Of a stretch of DNA of 64,000 bases, positions 59,101 to 64,000 are shown one piece after another. The notes below the pieces were generated by a model. It was not told where the DNA came from. It saw only the letters and a list, made by a program, of their open reading frames with translations, and did no database searches. Every line of letters begins with the position of its first letter. The stretch's first letter is position 1. Source of the DNA: Marsupella aquatica (lineage: Eukaryota > Plantae > Marchantiophyta); the NCBI GenBank assembly GCA_973895155.1, contig OZ316892.1:30262932-30326931 (forward strand), given 5' to 3'. The position numbers and the translations under genes were made by a program.

Positions 59101-60250
59101 TGTAGCCAATTCTCGATCACCAGCACAAAACACTCGTGCCAAAGTCATGACTCGCAACCAAGGTATGAATAATGTCATGTATAAGCCACCAAGGAAAGCC
59201 AAGAAAAACAGCCAGGGTAAGGTGGAGGTGATAGCCACAGCAGAGCCAGTCCATAATCTTCTATCATGGGAGGATGACTCGCAGGTATGTGTGGGTACAG
59301 GCATTTTGCGATCGGATCATGCTAAATTCCATGGCAAAGTGGTCCCCAATGACCATGTAGTAGTGTTGTTGACTACAGTGATTGTATCTGATTGTAATTT
59401 GCCATTTCTGAATAGAGATGATGATCCACCTCAGGAAATAATTGCAGATGCAGTAGGATCTCTTGTGCTCTGGCCATCAGAGTGTGTTAGTCTGCAGTGA
59501 CTGAATGCAAGTGTAGATAGAACCATGTGAATTGTGTTACATTTTGACATTGCCTAGGAAAGATCCAAGAAATATCTGTACCAATTTTTCCATTTGGTAA
59601 AGAGGATGAAGGATTCGTTATCATTATGTGTGACATGTATATATTTCTGAATTCTGTGTGTATGTATGAAACAAGTGATTGATGTCAAACTATGGCTGTA
59701 AGGTGACCATTGGATGATACTTGAATCTATTTTGTATCATTTCAATATTAGTGTGTATGGTAGTTTCATGCTTTGTGACCTTATAGAGTGAGTTCATTTA
59801 CAGTACACAAAAAAACATGAATGGAATGTCTTATTTGTGCACATTCCAAGTAGTATAGTGGGGTCTTCATCACTCATTTTGAGTTGACATGAAAGACTTA
59901 TATATACCCCACTAAGTGTCTCCTTTAGTTGTTTTATAAACCCACAAAGTAAACTTAAAGACTACCCTCCATAACCTGTTTAGTCCTTCCCAACGACTCA
60001 CCATCGCACCCCTTAAAAGACTGAAAATGACTCACCAAAGCTACCCAAACAAAGACTACAATAGACTGAAAATCCAGTCTATTAAACGACTCGTGAACCA
60101 GTTCTATAAAGGACTCAGTTGATTATAGTAACAAAACATACGACTCACAATCCTATAAAGGACTGGAGTCCTTCCCAATCATTTCCGAGTCCTATATGGT
60201 ACTACATAGTCGTTTAATGGGGTCTAAATACCCCCCGGTTTCTACTAGTG
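56139..60250. mobile_element. Non-autonomous CACTA (En/Spm) DNA transposon, 4112 bp
   Basis: TIRs CA[G]TAGTAGAAACCGGGG / CCCCGGTTTCTACTAGTG, 3-bp TSD AGG, subterminal AAAGACT/ACGACTC repeats, internal ~85-bp direct repeat (~57882 and ~58790). Confidence 0.9.
59066..59500 (+). CDS. Short ORF or exon resembling the C-terminal domain of CACTA TnpA-like proteins
   Basis: FHGKVVPNDHVVV...LPF...PQEIIADAVGSLVLWP pattern recalled from CACTA-associated proteins; lies inside the CACTA. Confidence 0.6.
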   Translation: MSNMDADSLKKSVANSRSPAQNTRAKVMTRNQGMNNVMYKPPRKAKKNSQGKVEVIATAEPVHNLLSWEDDSQVCVGTGILRSDHAKFHGKVVPNDHVVVLLTTVIVSDCNLPFLNRDDDPPQEIIADAVGSLVLWPSECVSLQ

Positions 60251-60727
60251 AGGACACACTGGGTGCATGGCTGCATAAGAAGATAACCAATTGTGAGAAC
60301 AATCCTTTATAGCTTTCAACATCCTAAGCATCAACATACTTTCGACTTTGCTCTGAATGGTTGCCTTGGTTTGGTCAACAAACTCCTTAACAAACATCAA
60401 GCAACCTTAAACTCATCACTCTAGCAACCCTCACAAGCTATAAGCAATCATAAGCTACTTTCTCATTCAAAGAGTCCTTCCAACTCAAGCACCTTACTTC
60501 TGAAAATGCCTTCACCAATCTACTTTCAAAAATGCCTTCAATCATCATCAAAAACGCCCATTACATCACATAGCTTTCACAAATGATCCATTCATCCTTC
60601 ATTCATACCCAAAACAATCTTCCTACACCATCTTTCAAAAACCAAGGAGTCCACTCCTCTAAATGCATGGCAAAAGGCACATGAAAAAGCATCATGGACT
60701 TTTCTAAGTCAAAATATGGGTCACAAG

Positions 60728-61110
60728 TGTGATGCCTAGCCAGGAATCACTCGGCCAGTTAAGTGGGTAAAGCAGGAATGCACCCAAGAAACACCTTAGT
60801 CTAGGGACAAAACAAGGAAAATATAAACAATTAGGGGCAACTATGGAACCCAGGCCGAGGCCGGAGGTAAGGACGCTGGGGGTGAAACACGATTAGGGTT
60901 AGGGCACGCTAAGCGTCGGCGGCTAGGAAGGATCAATGGGAGGAAGGACCAGAGGAGGAGAGGGGTAAGGAGCGCTTGCAGGGAATGGTGGCTCATTTGC
61001 GAGCACGAACTTAGCAGACGACTACGGGAGGCCAACTACTGTCAGCTGCTTAGGCAAGCACTCGGGGAGAGAGTAGATACCGACGATCGACCTAAAGAGG
61101 GTATGAGCAA
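60728..61110 (+). mobile_element. 5' end of a family B LTR
   Basis: Begins TGTGATGC; 60756-61110 aligns to 18460-18815; interrupted by D2. Confidence 0.8.
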
Positions 61111-64000
61111 TGTGAGTATTGGGTAATACCGAAAACCTGAAATTACTGAAAAATTTAAACTTTTTACAGTATTTAAGCCTGCTGTTGCTGTTAAAATGCC
61201 AAGTGTAAACTAGGGTATACTTTATAACGGGATTACGCATTTACGCGTAAGAACGTTACGGGTTTACGGGTTTACGCTGTTACAAGTTTACGCCAATACG
61301 GGATTATGGCTTACGCCTTACGCGTTTAAGGAAAGTTCACGTTACGTCGCTACGGCTAACTTCGCAACGGGACTTAGAAACGGATTGGGGACTTCATACC
61401 TTGATAGGAATCAAGCACAGAGATCAGGCGCTCACTCCTGTATTTTCACCACCCCTATTCACTTGCTCTTTCTCTTCGAAAGCAACCTTCGCAGCACGCA
61501 AATCACCGTTGCAGCTACGGCGAACCTGGGTGCTGAGGAACAGTATCAAATTGAAGCTCTAGCAGTCTCAAAAGTAGTGGCAGCTCGCATACCACGAGCG
61601 CCTGATAGTCTTTCTAATTTACAAGACTCTTTACAGCACTTAGGATTGGAGCGCTTGCTCAAGATCCCCTGGAATGTCGAGCTCGACTCCTACTTGCAGG
61701 ATTTTGTGAAGGGGACTATCATCCCGATTGAATTCAGGCAAACGATTCGAGCTCACCCCAGCCTGTGGACTGTTGAGCAAATTGCTTACGCCTTTGGATG
61801 CCCGTCAGAAGGAGAGGCGTTATATTCCAAGAAGCAGGACTTATCTGCTCCATACTTCTCAGGAACTCGAAATGCCAAGAATGGTTGGAACTTGTCCCAG
61901 TGTACTTATCCTGAATTGAGAGTGCTCATGGAATTCCTGGTACCCATTCTTCATCCGAAAAAGCCAACTCTCTGTCCTGTGGCCTTGGCTAACACCATTG
62001 TAGCTGCTCATAGTGGAGCTATAAAAGTAAATTGGGCCCTACTTCTGTTTAATGTAATGAAGGATCAAGTAAGGAGCTTGGAAGCAGGGAGGACCACTTG
62101 CTTACAGAATTATCTCTCTCAGCTCTATTATACTCATGACTGTTTATATCTGGAGGAAGAGACAGAGAGGGGGTTACTCCTGATTGACTTGGGTATTGAA
62201 GAAGAAATTCATATGGAGGACATTGTACATGTCACCCCATTGAATTCGAATGATCAGAACGTTGAGGTGAATGCTGATGTTCCTATGGAGGATACTTCAT
62301 TAGAAATCCCTACACATTCTCCTATGCATAGCAGGGAAGTTGTTTGCCAATCAATAAGTAATGAGAATTTCCCTAGCCGGACTATGGATGCAGATCCACT
62401 AGAAGCTGAAGAAGTAAGGAGCATTCATCAACAAGACGATGATGCTACACCAATTGATGCTGCTCCTCATGAGACCACCAGGTCCACTCCTTCGAAGGCA
62501 GAGTCGAATCAGCAGCTTATTGATAAGTTGATATCTCTCCTCAGTTGTAGTGATGATGGACTATATGATGCTGTTAATAATTTGAGAATGGAGGCTGTTA
62601 GTTTGGGATCACCATTTCATGATCAGCTAAGCCCTGTCATAATAACCTCTCCCCCAAGAGAACCAGCACCAATGGAGTTTGTGATCTGTACTCCTGTCAC
62701 TGTACACCCCCCTCCCCTAGAAACAAGTGAGCCTATTCCAGTAACAGATAGTATCAGCTGTGTGGCTATTGTGGATGACTTGTTAGAACTACTACAGTGT
62801 GAACCTCGACAGATAGCATCTGTGGTCCGCAACTTGGTCCAACAATGTCCAACTGCTAGTCCTACTTCTAGCCCAGGTTCACAACCTTACAACCCTGATT
62901 CCAACTACGAACCCACAGAAGGACCCACCTACAATCGGTCACAATATGAGCACCCTTTTGACAGAGAAGATCTACCTGAAGACTCTGATCCACCCTCAGA
63001 TGGTGAAACTTATAGATCTTATGATAATTCTCTTGAGTCATCCCCAAGGCAGGGATTTGAAGATGTTGATACTGCCTTAAGATCCAATCCAAACTTAGTA
63101 GCAGTTGTCACTTCATCTACTCAAACACCTCGGAATGCCACCATCGAGAGTAGATGCCCGAGACATCCCGAGTCCCAAGTGCACAGGTATGTGGAGACCT
63201 GTAAGATTATGCAGGCCAACAGACCACCGGTTGGAGAATTTTGGAAATACTACTATCTCAAGAAGACAGAGGCCAGTTATATCTTCGACCTCAGGTGTTT
63301 TGGAACTTCCAGACTGGAGATGGCACAATTCGATGAGTTTTGGACTGACTCTCTCTATTTCCGACCCATTCTTGCTGTGATGCTACTTCAAGGAGATGTG
63401 GAGGTGGAGGATTCAGATTTAGTTCTGACATATTTTGGAAATTTGGCAGCTTATGCCCTAGATTTTGTGGTTTCTTTTCTCATGCAGAGTAAGAAATCTA
63501 CTTCTCCCCAGAACGCTTACCTTCCTCGAGAGCCCAAGGTTACCCTTGTTTCAACCAGTTCATTAGCTGAGAAACAGAGAATCTGGAACAATGTCACCTC
63601 TCAAACTCTGGCCAACTTCAATCGGTATTTCAGAGATGTCAAATGGAGGCTTCACCCTTTCTATTCCAGGATGCTGAACTCTGATGAATTTCTATACCAT
63701 TATCCCCAAGTATATGCTGCTACTTGCAATAATTATGACGTGATTGGGATATATAGAGAAGCTCTTCGAATAGACATATGTTATCTAAGGAGAAGAATGC
63801 CCCTGATGTATCCTGAAAGGCAATTGAGATGCCTACCCTACTCTCGAGGATCCCCACGCCAGGCTGAGCTGATGGAAGTTACTCAAGCTCGGACTGTTAC
63901 CCTCGTGGAGCTACTCGAACCAGAAGACATCCGACAACAAGCTTGAGGCAGAATCTAAGTCTTTTTAGTTAAGTTTTAAGAATAGTGCATCTTTCCCTAT
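61111..64000 (+). mobile_element. Family D giant LTR, copy D2 (runs off the window)
   Basis: Begins TGTGAGTATTGGG, the reverse complement of the D1 end; colinear with D1. Confidence 0.9.
61385..63946 (+). CDS. Family D LTR-encoded protein, uninterrupted frame (853 codons)
   Basis: Open frame inside the LTR; N-terminal domain homologous to the E accessory protein. The codon matching D1's ATG is ACG (61517-61519). Confidence 0.85.
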   Translation: MGTSYLDRNQAQRSGAHSCIFTTPIHLLFLFESNLRSTQITVAATANLGAEEQYQIEALAVSKVVAARIPRAPDSLSNLQDSLQHLGLERLLKIPWNVELDSYLQDFVKGTIIPIEFRQTIRAHPSLWTVEQIAYAFGCPSEGEALYSKKQDLSAPYFSGTRNAKNGWNLSQCTYPELRVLMEFLVPILHPKKPTLCPVALANTIVAAHSGAIKVNWALLLFNVMKDQVRSLEAGRTTCLQNYLSQLYYTHDCLYLEEETERGLLLIDLGIEEEIHMEDIVHVTPLNSNDQNVEVNADVPMEDTSLEIPTHSPMHSREVVCQSISNENFPSRTMDADPLEAEEVRSIHQQDDDATPIDAAPHETTRSTPSKAESNQQLIDKLISLLSCSDDGLYDAVNNLRMEAVSLGSPFHDQLSPVIITSPPREPAPMEFVICTPVTVHPPPLETSEPIPVTDSISCVAIVDDLLELLQCEPRQIASVVRNLVQQCPTASPTSSPGSQPYNPDSNYEPTEGPTYNRSQYEHPFDREDLPEDSDPPSDGETYRSYDNSLESSPRQGFEDVDTALRSNPNLVAVVTSSTQTPRNATIESRCPRHPESQVHRYVETCKIMQANRPPVGEFWKYYYLKKTEASYIFDLRCFGTSRLEMAQFDEFWTDSLYFRPILAVMLLQGDVEVEDSDLVLTYFGNLAAYALDFVVSFLMQSKKSTSPQNAYLPREPKVTLVSTSSLAEKQRIWNNVTSQTLANFNRYFRDVKWRLHPFYSRMLNSDEFLYHYPQVYAATCNNYDVIGIYREALRIDICYLRRRMPLMYPERQLRCLPYSRGSPRQAELMEVTQARTVTLVELLEPEDIRQQA

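Overview
Eukaryotic, almost certainly land-plant DNA (bryophyte-like by inference) with no recognisable host gene. It is a nested, partly scrambled pile of Ty3/gypsy LTR retrotransposons plus a few DNA transposons. Contents in order: a decayed chromovirus pol with a MITE inserted (1-2935); a 3'-truncated gag-PR-RT ('family A', 2996-5785); about 12 kb of AT-rich patchwork bounded by a perfect 25-bp direct repeat; a rearranged mosaic of one non-chromoviral family ('B', 18077-29738, 43287-48586, 60728-61110); an intact young Athila-like element ('E', 29739-43286, minus strand, 1390-bp LTRs, TGGCT TSD); and a non-autonomous CACTA (56139-60250). Main observation: three families (B, C, D) appear to have giant 4.0-4.7 kb TG...CA LTRs, each containing a large protein gene with a shared N-terminal domain. 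One of them (D, 44072-48102) is a clean solo LTR with a 5-bp TSD. In element E the homologous gene lies just inside the 3' LTR between two identical PPT-like sequences, which suggests a PPT switch can move the gene into or out of the LTR. Further signals: a UGA-CAA-UUA readthrough site (E) and a -1 slippery site plus stem-loop (B) at the same PR/RT boundary, a second retropepsin-like ORF in E, family-specific CG-containing motif arrays upstream of genes, and microhomology or snap-back junctions in the B mosaic. Family letters are my own labels. All alignments were done by eye and no database searches were run.
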